The notes below the pieces were generated by a model that saw only the letters and a program-made list of their open reading frames with translations, did not search any database and was not told where the DNA came from. 32,000 nt of DNA from Wolbachia endosymbiont strain TRS of Brugia malayi. GTDB lineage: Bacteria > Pseudomonadota > Alphaproteobacteria > Rickettsiales > Anaplasmataceae. Location: positions 300,001 to 332,000 of the forward strand of contig NC_006833.1 of NCBI RefSeq assembly GCF_000008385.1, given 5' to 3'. Below, in pieces: positions 20,104-28,409 of the stretch. The number at the start of each line of letters is the position of its first letter. Position 1 is the stretch's first letter. The position numbers and the translations under genes are program-made.

Positions 20104-21000
20104 ATGTTAGCTAGTAATAGTACTGAAACTATATTAGTTGCTGATCAAAATATTTACAACAGCTCTGCTAGTAATAATCCAGCTTTGAATACTCAAGACT
20201 TATCTGGGTCAACACCGGATAAAGACAAATATGTTACTCTTAATAGTAAGGAAGAATGGGATAAGTTCTTTAAATTACAAAACAACCCTTCTACTAATAT
20301 TACTAATAAAGTAAGAACAAAACCTCATGTTCGTAAGAATAGTAATGGTATGTATAGATATACTGCTGAGGAGAACAAGTACAATGGTAAGGAGATTATA
20401 GGCAAAGTTGCTGAACAAATTAAAGAAGAGATATCTCAAAAAATAAAAAGTGATACCATGAAACTTGTAAAGCTCAAAGAAAGTAAAAATGAAGATAATA
20501 GTGTTAAGCCTGCTATAAGAATAGTGCTGAATGATAATGTAAAAGAAATAAACATGGCAGATCTTCTAAGTGGTAGTGTATGCAAAGAATATAACGTAAA
20601 AGCAATTACATTTTGCTTTCCTGATAAAAGTAATACAAGAGGAATTCGTTGTCGGATCGATGAACATGGGACAAGGATTTATGAAGTGGCTAATGGGTCA
20701 TATGAGATGGATTTGAGATGGTATTGTGAAGGCAAGGAATGTAAAATTAAGATCCTCATGAAAGATGACGGCTCTATAAGACTTATCGAGGATAATGGAA
20801 TAACTGAAGAGCAGTTAAAAGCGCATAAAGAGATAAGGGTAGGAAGACAATATGAGGCAAAATCTTTACACGAAGCGTTAGCACTACAATTGCCACAGTT
20901 ACAACAAAAATGTTCTGAAACAACAGAAATTTTGTCGCGACTGGCAGATGTGAGCACATCGCAAGCACAACAAGTTCTCTCTGCTCAAGTAAGTAAGTAA
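20104..21000 (+). CDS. Hypothetical protein (orphan, N-terminal Asn/Ser/Thr-rich region, Cys-containing central region, Gln-rich tail)
   Basis: The ORF track starts at GTG 20080. GGAGG at 20094-20098 lies 5 nt before the in-frame ATG at 20104, which is the preferred start. A hairpin plus T-run follows directly. No recognised domain. Confidence 0.6.
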   Translation: MLASNSTETILVADQNIYNSSASNNPALNTQDLSGSTPDKDKYVTLNSKEEWDKFFKLQNNPSTNITNKVRTKPHVRKNSNGMYRYTAEENKYNGKEIIGKVAEQIKEEISQKIKSDTMKLVKLKESKNEDNSVKPAIRIVLNDNVKEINMADLLSGSVCKEYNVKAITFCFPDKSNTRGIRCRIDEHGTRIYEVANGSYEMDLRWYCEGKECKIKILMKDDGSIRLIEDNGITEEQLKAHKEIRVGRQYEAKSLHEALALQLPQLQQKCSETTEILSRLADVSTSQAQQVLSAQVSK

Positions 21001-21014
21001 GAAAAAGCAAAAAT

Positions 21015-21055
21015 AGTATAAGTTGCTTGTAGATGCAAGTGACTTATACTTTTAT
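21015..21055 (+). terminator. Candidate intrinsic terminator after ORF 20104-21000
   Basis: AGTATAAGT tg CTTG-tagatg-CAAG tg ACTTATACT forms a 15-bp stem (13 Watson-Crick pairs plus 2 G-U) with a 6-nt loop, followed by TTTAT. The U-tract is short. Confidence 0.45.
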
Positions 21056-21056
21056 A

Positions 21057-21566
21057 ATGAACAATGAAATACTACCAAGAAACTTCTACGAACGGCCAAC
21101 TTTGGTTGTAGCTGGGGAGTTGTTAGGAAAAATACTAAAATTTTCCAATTTCAGTGGAGTGATAACTGAAGTTGAAGCATATATAGGAATGGATGACCCA
21201 GCTTGTCATGCAGCACGAGGTTATACTGATCGAACCTCAGTAATGTTTGGTATACCGGGGTTTTCATATGTGTACTTTATATATGGGATGTACTATTGCT
21301 TAAACATTGTAACAGAAACAGAAGGGTTCCCAGCAGCAGTTCTAATACGAGGGTTAAAGCTTATTGAACCGCTTAAAGCAAATTTAAGCGGGCCGGGAAT
21401 ATTGTGCAAAAGATTGAATATTACAAGAGAACATAACAAACTAGATCTCACTATAAGCCACGAGTTTTGTGTTTACGAATCCCACATCAACCTGGATTAT
21501 GTTTGCACTCCAAGAATTGGGATCAGTAAAGGCAAAGAAAAGTTTTGGCGGTTTAAAATTTTCTAA
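21057..21566 (+). CDS. mpg: DNA-3-methyladenine glycosylase (Mpg/AAG family)
   Basis: [54 protein letters not shown] and AAVLIRG. The track start at 21033 lies inside the terminator hairpin loop. The in-frame ATG at 21057 ([11 protein letters not shown]) is preferred. Confidence 0.85.
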   Translation: MNNEILPRNFYERPTLVVAGELLGKILKFSNFSGVITEVEAYIGMDDPACHAARGYTDRTSVMFGIPGFSYVYFIYGMYYCLNIVTETEGFPAAVLIRGLKLIEPLKANLSGPGILCKRLNITREHNKLDLTISHEFCVYESHINLDYVCTPRIGISKGKEKFWRFKIF

Positions 21567-21592
21567 ACCAAGTTCCAGTGACCTTGCTTAGA

Positions 21593-22978
21593 TTACTTAC
21601 CAATCGGATAATCACCAGTGAAACAGGCATCGCAGTATTGCGGTGCTGTGTTATTACGTTTCTCTCCGTTAACAGCCTGATATAATCCATCGATGCTTAA
21701 GAAGGTTAAACTATTTACCCCTATAATTGCTTCTATTTCCCTTACAGACTTACTTGCGGCAATTAGATCCTTGCACTCTGGTGTGTCAATTCCGTAAAAA
21801 CAAGAATACTTAATTGGTGGACTTGAGATTTTTAGGTGAATTTCTTTTACTCCTGCATCTTTTAGCATAACTATTATGCTTTTTAGTGTACTACCACGTA
21901 CTATACTATCGTCTATTAAAATTATGTTCTTACCCTTTAAAATGTCTTTATTAGCATTAAATTTTAATTTTATTCTAACTTTACGTACTTCAGCGGTTGG
22001 TTGTATAAAAGTTCTTCCAATGTAATGATTACGGATTATTCCGAGTTCTATAGGTAATCCTGAATATTTTGTGTATCCGATGGCTGCAGGTATTCCAGAA
22101 TCAGGTATTGGTACAACCATATCCACATTGTTTTTCGGTGGACTCTCTTCTGCAAGTGTTCTTCCTATCTCTTTTCTTATATCATATATGGACCTATCTT
22201 CTATTATGCTGTCTGGCCTTGAAAAATAAATGTATTCAAAGATACAGAAACTTGACTTTTGCTGAGAAAGAGGAAATGCTGAAGCTAGATTACCATTTTG
22301 ATCGATAGTAACTAGTTCACCTGGTTCTATTTCTCTAATAAACTCTGCATTTACTATATCAAGGGCGCAAGTCTCAGATGCGAGCACGTAAGAACTGTTC
22401 AATTTTCCTAAAACAAGAGGTCTGATTCCTGCTGAATCACGTACTCCAACAACTACTTCTCGGTTGATTGCTACAAAAGAATAAGCGCCTTGTATTTGCT
22501 TTAATGCATATATGAAACTCCCTAGAAAGCTATTTTTCGTATTGGCTTCTACCAAACGAGCTACCACCTCTGTATCAATATCTGATTGAAAAACGCGTCC
22601 CTGTTTAATCAACTGCTCGCGTATTGGAGAAATATTAATTAAGTTACCATTATGTGCTATGGCAAAATCTCCAAACTTGTTACTTTTGCCAAGGATAGGC
22701 TGCACTCCAGATTTATTGCCACTTGTTGAGTATCGAACGTGACCTATTGCATAATTTCCAGGCAAGGATTTTTTTATTTCATCTATATTGTCAAGTACAC
22801 TACTCACCTGACCTTGAAAATGATAAGAATGCAGCTTATCGTTGTTACTTGTTACTACGCCAAAAGATTCTTGACCCCTGTGCTGCAAAGCATGAAGACC
22901 TAGTATAGAGTCAAAGGCAGAATCTTTATTGCAGCTTATACCAAATACTCCGCACTCTTCGTACATTTTATCGAGCAT
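21593..22978 (-). CDS. purF: Amidophosphoribosyltransferase
   Basis: 461 aa. N-terminal nucleophile context CGVFGI and PRTase motif NIILIDDSIVRGSTLK. C-terminal YCDACFTGDYP. Confidence 0.95.
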   Translation of the reverse strand: MLDKMYEECGVFGISCNKDSAFDSILGLHALQHRGQESFGVVTSNNDKLHSYHFQGQVSSVLDNIDEIKKSLPGNYAIGHVRYSTSGNKSGVQPILGKSNKFGDFAIAHNGNLINISPIREQLIKQGRVFQSDIDTEVVARLVEANTKNSFLGSFIYALKQIQGAYSFVAINREVVVGVRDSAGIRPLVLGKLNSSYVLASETCALDIVNAEFIREIEPGELVTIDQNGNLASAFPLSQQKSSFCIFEYIYFSRPDSIIEDRSIYDIRKEIGRTLAEESPPKNNVDMVVPIPDSGIPAAIGYTKYSGLPIELGIIRNHYIGRTFIQPTAEVRKVRIKLKFNANKDILKGKNIILIDDSIVRGSTLKSIIVMLKDAGVKEIHLKISSPPIKYSCFYGIDTPECKDLIAASKSVREIEAIIGVNSLTFLSIDGLYQAVNGEKRNNTAPQYCDACFTGDYPIGK

Positions 22979-23119
22979 AAAAACTACTGAGTAAAGTTTA
23001 ATTTTACTTTAGCATGGGTAAAGCACAAGCATTTTATTTACCATCTCCCTTCAAAATCAGTTTTTCTATAAAACTTCAGAAAATTTGAACAGAATAAGCT
23101 TCTGTGGTTAGAATAGTAC

Positions 23120-23749
23120 ATGAAGAATGTAATGCTAATTGGTGGTGGAGTTGGAAATGCAGTGTTATTTTCAATAGGGAAAGCATGTATTGAAAATAAT
23201 AATAAGGTTTTGTACTTTGCTGGCTATAGGAAATTAAATGACGTATTTAAACGGACACTAATAGAACATGCATCAAGTGCGGTAGTTTGGGCATGTGAAG
23301 AAGGTTTGATAGAAACAAGCAGAGATCAGGACAAATCCTTTCATGGTAATGTAGTTGATGCGATAATCTCTTACCAACAGGAAATATTAAGTGATGCTGC
23401 GATTAATTTAAATGCCATAGATAAAATTATCACTATCGGTTCAGATAAAATGATGAAGGCTGTAAATAAAGCGAGAAAAACAATTTTAAAGCCATATCTG
23501 AAATCAGGCCACTTGGCAATATCATCGATCAATTCTCCTATGCAATGTATGATGAAGGAAATCTGCGCTCAGTGTGTGCAGCGACATGTAAATATAAAAA
23601 CAGGAGAAGAGAGTTATGTGTATAGTTGCAATAACCAAGACCAGGCTATGGAGTTTATTGATTTTGATTTTTTAAGTGAGCGCTTGAAACAAAACAATTT
23701 ACAAGAAAAACTCACTACAAAATGGATAGATCATGCTCAAAGATATTAA
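23120..23749 (+). CDS. PyrK/ferredoxin-reductase-like NAD-binding domain with a C-terminal Cys cluster, lacking the FAD-binding barrel
   Basis: 209 aa. VMLIGGGVGNAVLFSI (the GGGxGxxP-type NAD motif region) and CMMKEICAQCVQ...YVYSCNNQD (Cx5Cx2C...C as in PyrK-type 2Fe-2S sites). An in-frame stop lies immediately upstream, and only 141 bp separate it from purF. Confidence 0.55.
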   Translation: MKNVMLIGGGVGNAVLFSIGKACIENNNKVLYFAGYRKLNDVFKRTLIEHASSAVVWACEEGLIETSRDQDKSFHGNVVDAIISYQQEILSDAAINLNAIDKIITIGSDKMMKAVNKARKTILKPYLKSGHLAISSINSPMQCMMKEICAQCVQRHVNIKTGEESYVYSCNNQDQAMEFIDFDFLSERLKQNNLQEKLTTKWIDHAQRY

Positions 23750-24275
23750 ACAAAAAAAAAAAGAGATAAGAGAGCAATATAGAACTATAAGAAAAAATAT
23801 TGATGAGGGCTATTCCAGTTATGCAACGAATTCCCTTATTAATTTCTTTAATCAGAACTTAAGTTACGTTAAAGGCAAAACAGTTGCTGCTTACATTCCA
23901 ATTGACGGGGAAATAAATGTTATACCTTTGATGTATAATTTGCTCGGTCTAGGTTATAAAGTGGCAGTTTCTGATAAAAATAAGCTACTGAGATTTAAGG
24001 AATGGAATAAAACAAGTGAAGACATAATCCCTGATACGATTATCACTCCTGTTGTTGCTTTTGATGATCACCTCAATAGATTGGGTTTTGGTGGTGGTTG
24101 GTATGATGCTGTGATAAAAGAGTTACGACCACTTGGGAAAGTATTTATAGGCGTAGCTTACGAAGAACAATATTGTAAAGATTTACTAGTAGAAGAACAT
24201 GATCAAAAACTGGATATTATAATCACTGAGATGTGTGTTAGGCATAGGGTTATGTACTGTCAAAATTTCCTATAA
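23733..24275 (+). CDS. 5-formyltetrahydrofolate cyclo-ligase
   Basis: 180 aa. K..IR N-terminus, AAYIPIDGEINV, PVVAFDDHLNRLGFGGGWYD. Overlaps the upstream ORF by 17 nt. Confidence 0.85.
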   Translation: MLKDIKQKKKEIREQYRTIRKNIDEGYSSYATNSLINFFNQNLSYVKGKTVAAYIPIDGEINVIPLMYNLLGLGYKVAVSDKNKLLRFKEWNKTSEDIIPDTIITPVVAFDDHLNRLGFGGGWYDAVIKELRPLGKVFIGVAYEEQYCKDLLVEEHDQKLDIIITEMCVRHRVMYCQNFL

Positions 24276-24277
24276 TC

Positions 24278-25405
24278 CTAAATTAACTCTTCTAAAGTAT
24301 TTAAAATATCAGTTACATAATAAACCCAATCTCTCTTTCCCTTAGAAGTTTGTGAAACAATACCTAAATCCTCAAGTTTCATTGTTGCTCTTTAGGCTAT
24401 TGTAAATGCAACACCTAAGTTTTCAACTACTTTCTTTATAGTAAAATAAGGGTTTACAGCTAGGTATCTTACAATATCACTAGTAACTCCTTCGGTTTTA
24501 TGATTTTGCCAATCTGTAATTAGATTGTTAATTTGCTCTGCTCTTGATAATACGTCCAATGATTGGCAATGCCACACCATTTGATAAGAAAGCTAATCGT
24601 GCCACGTGCCTTTGCTGCTTATATTGTAAAGCTGTTTATAGTACTCACTTCTTGTTGCTTCGAAAGATGCACTTAAATATAACAAAGGCGATGATGATAA
24701 TTTTCTTTCGATGAGGAGTAATGTTATCAATAGACGTCCAATGTCCCCGTTACCGTCTAAGAATGAATGAATCGCTTAAAATTGATAATGGTATAAAGCT
24801 ATGTGTATGAGTGGGATAGTGTCCTATCGTACAGAAACTTTTCAAAGGAATCCAAACAACCTATAAATTCATTTAATATTGGTAGCACATGTTTTGCTGT
24901 GTTTATTATACACCCTAGACTTCCAATCCAATTTTATACCTGGCAAAATTCCCCTGGGGTTGCATAAAAACCTCTTATACCTTGCATAAGTTTTTCATGA
25001 ATTTCTTTAATCGGCTAAAGCAGCAGTGGAAGAGATTATGAACGTTTCAATCCATACTGGTGCTAATATATAGTTGTGCACTTCTTGTAGATTATAGGGA
25101 TTACAATCTACATTAGTGTCTGCTTCTTGAACTAAAATTTCACTCAGAGTTACTTAAGCTCCCTCAATTCTACTTGAAATAACTGCTTCACGTGCTATAA
25201 AAGGTCACATGAGAAGATGAGGATTAGGCAATTTAGCTCCTTTCCTGGATGACATACCCAAAATATGGTCTGCTCTGGAAAGGCTGTTGACTAAGGCATT
25301 ATCCCATTCAAAATTTGATAGCAAGGGGTTAGATACAAATGCTCGGTAGCCAGCTAATGCATTGATAACTTTACCTGATGTAATTCTTTGATATTCATTC
25401 GCCAA
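24278..25405 (-). pseudogene. Fic/DOC family protein pseudogene (with C-terminal winged-helix remnant)
   Basis: N-terminal fragment 25205-25405 (AGYRAFVSNPLL...). The Fic motif remnant at 24734-24769 reads HSFLDGNGDIGR, against the canonical HxFx(D/E)GNGRxxR. The C-terminal fragments are FTIKKVVENLGVAFTIA*RATMKLEDLGIVSQTSKGKRDWVYYV. Many stops and frameshifts lie between them. Confidence 0.75.
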
Positions 25406-25838
25406 CCTAGCAGACTGTTTTTATAGTCTATGTTATTTTCAAAAAGTCAAAAATGAAAATAAGGCTTAATTTTATTTGTGTGTATGAAAATAAAAAACCT
25501 CTTTATTTTCAATTTTGCCCAAAGATAGAAATAGGCAAGGGTTTCTGTTTTTTTTCTCTGGTTGCTATTTCTACGCTGTGATTCAATTTGGCAAAAAGAT
25601 TACATGTATACCTTCCGCAAATGGCAGTTTGGGCTTTTCAAAAAGCCAAAATTCTATATAATTTTAGTTATAAGTTATGGCTTATAGAAGAGGCTACCAC
25701 AGATCCATTGCATATGCACAATTTTCTAAAAAAATAGTAGTATTGCCTTTGCATAGTATAAAGTATTCCTATGTAAATTCTATGTTGTCCATATAATAAA
25801 GTTGAAGCTATTGCTAACGTAACGTATTTAAAAATGTT

Positions 25839-28343
25839 ATGAACTTCGTAAGAGAAAAAAATACTCCTGTGATGGAGCAATATTTGAACCTAAAAGCTCA
25901 ATATCAGGATCATCTGTTATTTTATAGGCTGGGAGATTTTTATGAGTTGTTTTTTGATGATGCTATTAAAGCTGCGAAGTTGCTGAATATAGTACTAACT
26001 AAGAGAGGTAATTCGTATGGGCAAGAGGTACCAATGTGTGGAGTGCCAGCGCATAGTAGTGAATCTTACCTTCATAAGTTAATAGATTTAGGATTCAAAG
26101 TAGCAATCTGCGATCAGTTAGAAACTGCTGATGAAGCAAAAAGGAGGGGCTATAAATCTATAGTAAAACGTGATGTAGTGCGAATTGTAACTCCAGGAAC
26201 AATTGTTGAAGATTCGCTATTAGAGGATAAAAACAACAATTATCTTGCGTCCATAGTTAAACAAAATGGGGAATATGCTATTGGCTGGCTTGAATTATCA
26301 ACAGGAAAATTTTTTCATACCTTAACGAATTTAAAAGCTCTGGATAGTGATTTATTGCGTATATCACCAAAAGAATTACTAATTTCTGATGAACTAGCTG
26401 AGGATGAAAAAATCAGATCAATTTTAAAAAATTATAAAATATCGATTACGCAGCATGCACAGAGCTTTTTTGAGTATAATAAATCTAATAGAACGCTGTG
26501 CGAATTTTATAAGGTTAGAGAACTTGGGGTTATAGGAAGTTTCAGCAAAGTGGAGATTATGGCGTGTGGTGCACTGCTTGAATATGTAAAAGTAACGCAA
26601 AGAGGCTCTGTTCCAAGACTTGAGTTACCAGAACCCTATAAGCAGCAAAATTTCATGCTTGTAGATGCTTCAGCAAGAAGAAATCTTGAGTTATTTTTAA
26701 CTCAGTTTGGTGAAAAAAAAGGCTCGCTAATCTCAGTTATCGATCACACAGTAACAGCTTCTGGTGGGCGTTTGCTAAAACAAATGCTTGCATCACCGCT
26801 CGCTTGTTCTAAGGCAATTAATTTGAGGCTCAGCACCGTTGAATTTTTTGTAAATAACTATGAATCACGCAAGAGAATACGGGAAATACTATCTAACATT
26901 CCAGATATTGAGAGGTCTTTGTCACGTTTAATGCTGGAGCGTGGTTCACCAAAAGACATTAATTTATTGAAAGTGGGCCTTGGGAAAACTTTAGAGTTAT
27001 CTGAGTTCTTGTATAAAATTGAATCTGGTAAAAATGAATCTCTCTTACAACAATATGTTATCCCAGTGCTTGACACTGGGATCCAGCCAGCGTTGAACGC
27101 TGAAATAACAGTAAAATCAGATGAAAATGAACTTAGCACAATATATAAAAGCCTTGGCAACCATAAAGACCTATTCGAGCTTCTAAACAGTGCTATGCTC
27201 GATAATAATCTCAGTTCCGTGAAAGAAGGAGGATTTATTAATCCAAAATATAATCAAGAGCTATCTGAGTTATCATATGTGTTAAGTAATAGCAACAAGC
27301 TAATAACCAGACTTCGTGAATCTTACCGTGATCTGACTGGTATTGCTGCGCTGAAAATATTGCACAACAATATGCTAGGTTATTACATTGAAGTGTCAGC
27401 GAATCATAAAATAACTTCAGACATATTTATTCACAGGCAAAGCTTAGCAAACAGTATGCGCTATACTACTAATGAATTGAAAGAATTAGAAAATAAAATT
27501 CTTACGGCGCGTGATGCTGTAATCAGCTTAGAGATAAAAATCTTTGGTGAACTGTGTAGTGAAATTGCTAAAGAATCTGAAAGGATTGCTCTTACTGCAA
27601 ATGCTTTGGCAAAACTTGATATCAGAACCGCGTTTGCAGAGCTTGCAGTGCAAAATGATTACACGAAACCCATCATTAACGATAGCAAGGAATTCAATAT
27701 TTGCAATGGAAGACACCCAGTTGTTGAAGTTAACGATAAGTTCATTGCAAATAGCATCAATTTGTCTGGTATACATCTAATTACTGGCCCTAATATGGCT
27801 GGAAAAAGCACTTTCTTGAGGCAAAACGCTCTCATTGCAATTTTAGCTCACATGGGTTCATTTGTGCCAGCAGATAGTGCACATATTGGAGTGATTGATA
27901 AGATATTCAGCAGGGTTGGCGCAACGGATAATATAACGGCTGGTTATTCCACCTTCATGGTGGAGATGATTGAAACAGCAACCATAGTCAACCAAGCAAC
28001 AGACCGTTCCTTGGTAATACTTGATGAAATTGGTAGAGGAACAGGAGTGTATGATGGCTTATCTATTGCTCAGGCGGTAATTGAACATATTCACAATGTA
28101 AATAAGTGCCGCGCTATCTTTGCAACTCATTATCATGAGTTAACTAAAGTAAGCAAATACTTGAAAAGTGTCAAGTGTTTTTGTGTGAGAATAAAAGAAT
28201 GGAAAGAGGAGGTGATCTTTCTACATGAAGTAGTTGAGGGCGTTGCAGATGAGTCATATGGAATACATGTGGCAAAACTTGCTGGTTTTCCTGATTCTAT
28301 TTTAAATAGAGCAAGTGAAGTGTTTAAAGAACTAAAAGCTTAA
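25839..28343 (+). CDS. mutS: DNA mismatch repair protein MutS (intact ORF carrying an internal repeat element)
   Basis: 834 aa. [35 protein letters not shown]-terminus, GRHPVVE, Walker [28 protein letters not shown] and FATHYHEL. Confidence 0.95.
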   Translation: MNFVREKNTPVMEQYLNLKAQYQDHLLFYRLGDFYELFFDDAIKAAKLLNIVLTKRGNSYGQEVPMCGVPAHSSESYLHKLIDLGFKVAICDQLETADEAKRRGYKSIVKRDVVRIVTPGTIVEDSLLEDKNNNYLASIVKQNGEYAIGWLELSTGKFFHTLTNLKALDSDLLRISPKELLISDELAEDEKIRSILKNYKISITQHAQSFFEYNKSNRTLCEFYKVRELGVIGSFSKVEIMACGALLEYVKVTQRGSVPRLELPEPYKQQNFMLVDASARRNLELFLTQFGEKKGSLISVIDHTVTASGGRLLKQMLASPLACSKAINLRLSTVEFFVNNYESRKRIREILSNIPDIERSLSRLMLERGSPKDINLLKVGLGKTLELSEFLYKIESGKNESLLQQYVIPVLDTGIQPALNAEITVKSDENELSTIYKSLGNHKDLFELLNSAMLDNNLSSVKEGGFINPKYNQELSELSYVLSNSNKLITRLRESYRDLTGIAALKILHNNMLGYYIEVSANHKITSDIFIHRQSLANSMRYTTNELKELENKILTARDAVISLEIKIFGELCSEIAKESERIALTANALAKLDIRTAFAELAVQNDYTKPIINDSKEFNICNGRHPVVEVNDKFIANSINLSGIHLITGPNMAGKSTFLRQNALIAILAHMGSFVPADSAHIGVIDKIFSRVGATDNITAGYSTFMVEMIETATIVNQATDRSLVILDEIGRGTGVYDGLSIAQAVIEHIHNVNKCRAIFATHYHELTKVSKYLKSVKCFCVRIKEWKEEVIFLHEVVEGVADESYGIHVAKLAGFPDSILNRASEVFKELKA
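27057..27086 (+). repeat. Hairpin repeat copy translated in-frame within mutS
   Basis: gttATCCCAGTGcttgaCACTGGGATccag contains a perfect 9-bp inverted repeat at 27060-27082. It encodes [10 protein letters not shown], and near-identical non-coding copies occur elsewhere in the window. Confidence 0.75.
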
Positions 28344-28409
28344 TTAAGAAAGTCGTTAATTGCAAAATTTAATATAAGTAGTAAAATAGAACTACTTAAT
28401 AAAAAATAT

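Noticed and set aside
25668-25880. 70-aa minus-strand ORF overlapping the mutS start
   Set aside because: It has no motif and an odd composition, and it overlaps the well-supported mutS N-terminus. It is probably a chance ORF in AT-rich spacer DNA.
26858-27160. 100-aa antisense ORF inside mutS
   Set aside because: It lies opposite a strongly conserved mutS frame and contains the repeat-derived peptide [12 protein letters not shown]. It is a shadow ORF.
28376-28397. Hairpin AAGTAGT-aaaataga-ACTACTT after mutS, considered as an intrinsic terminator
   Set aside because: The 7-bp stem is nearly all A/T and is followed by an A-rich rather than a T-rich tract on the mutS strand. It is not convincing as a terminator.
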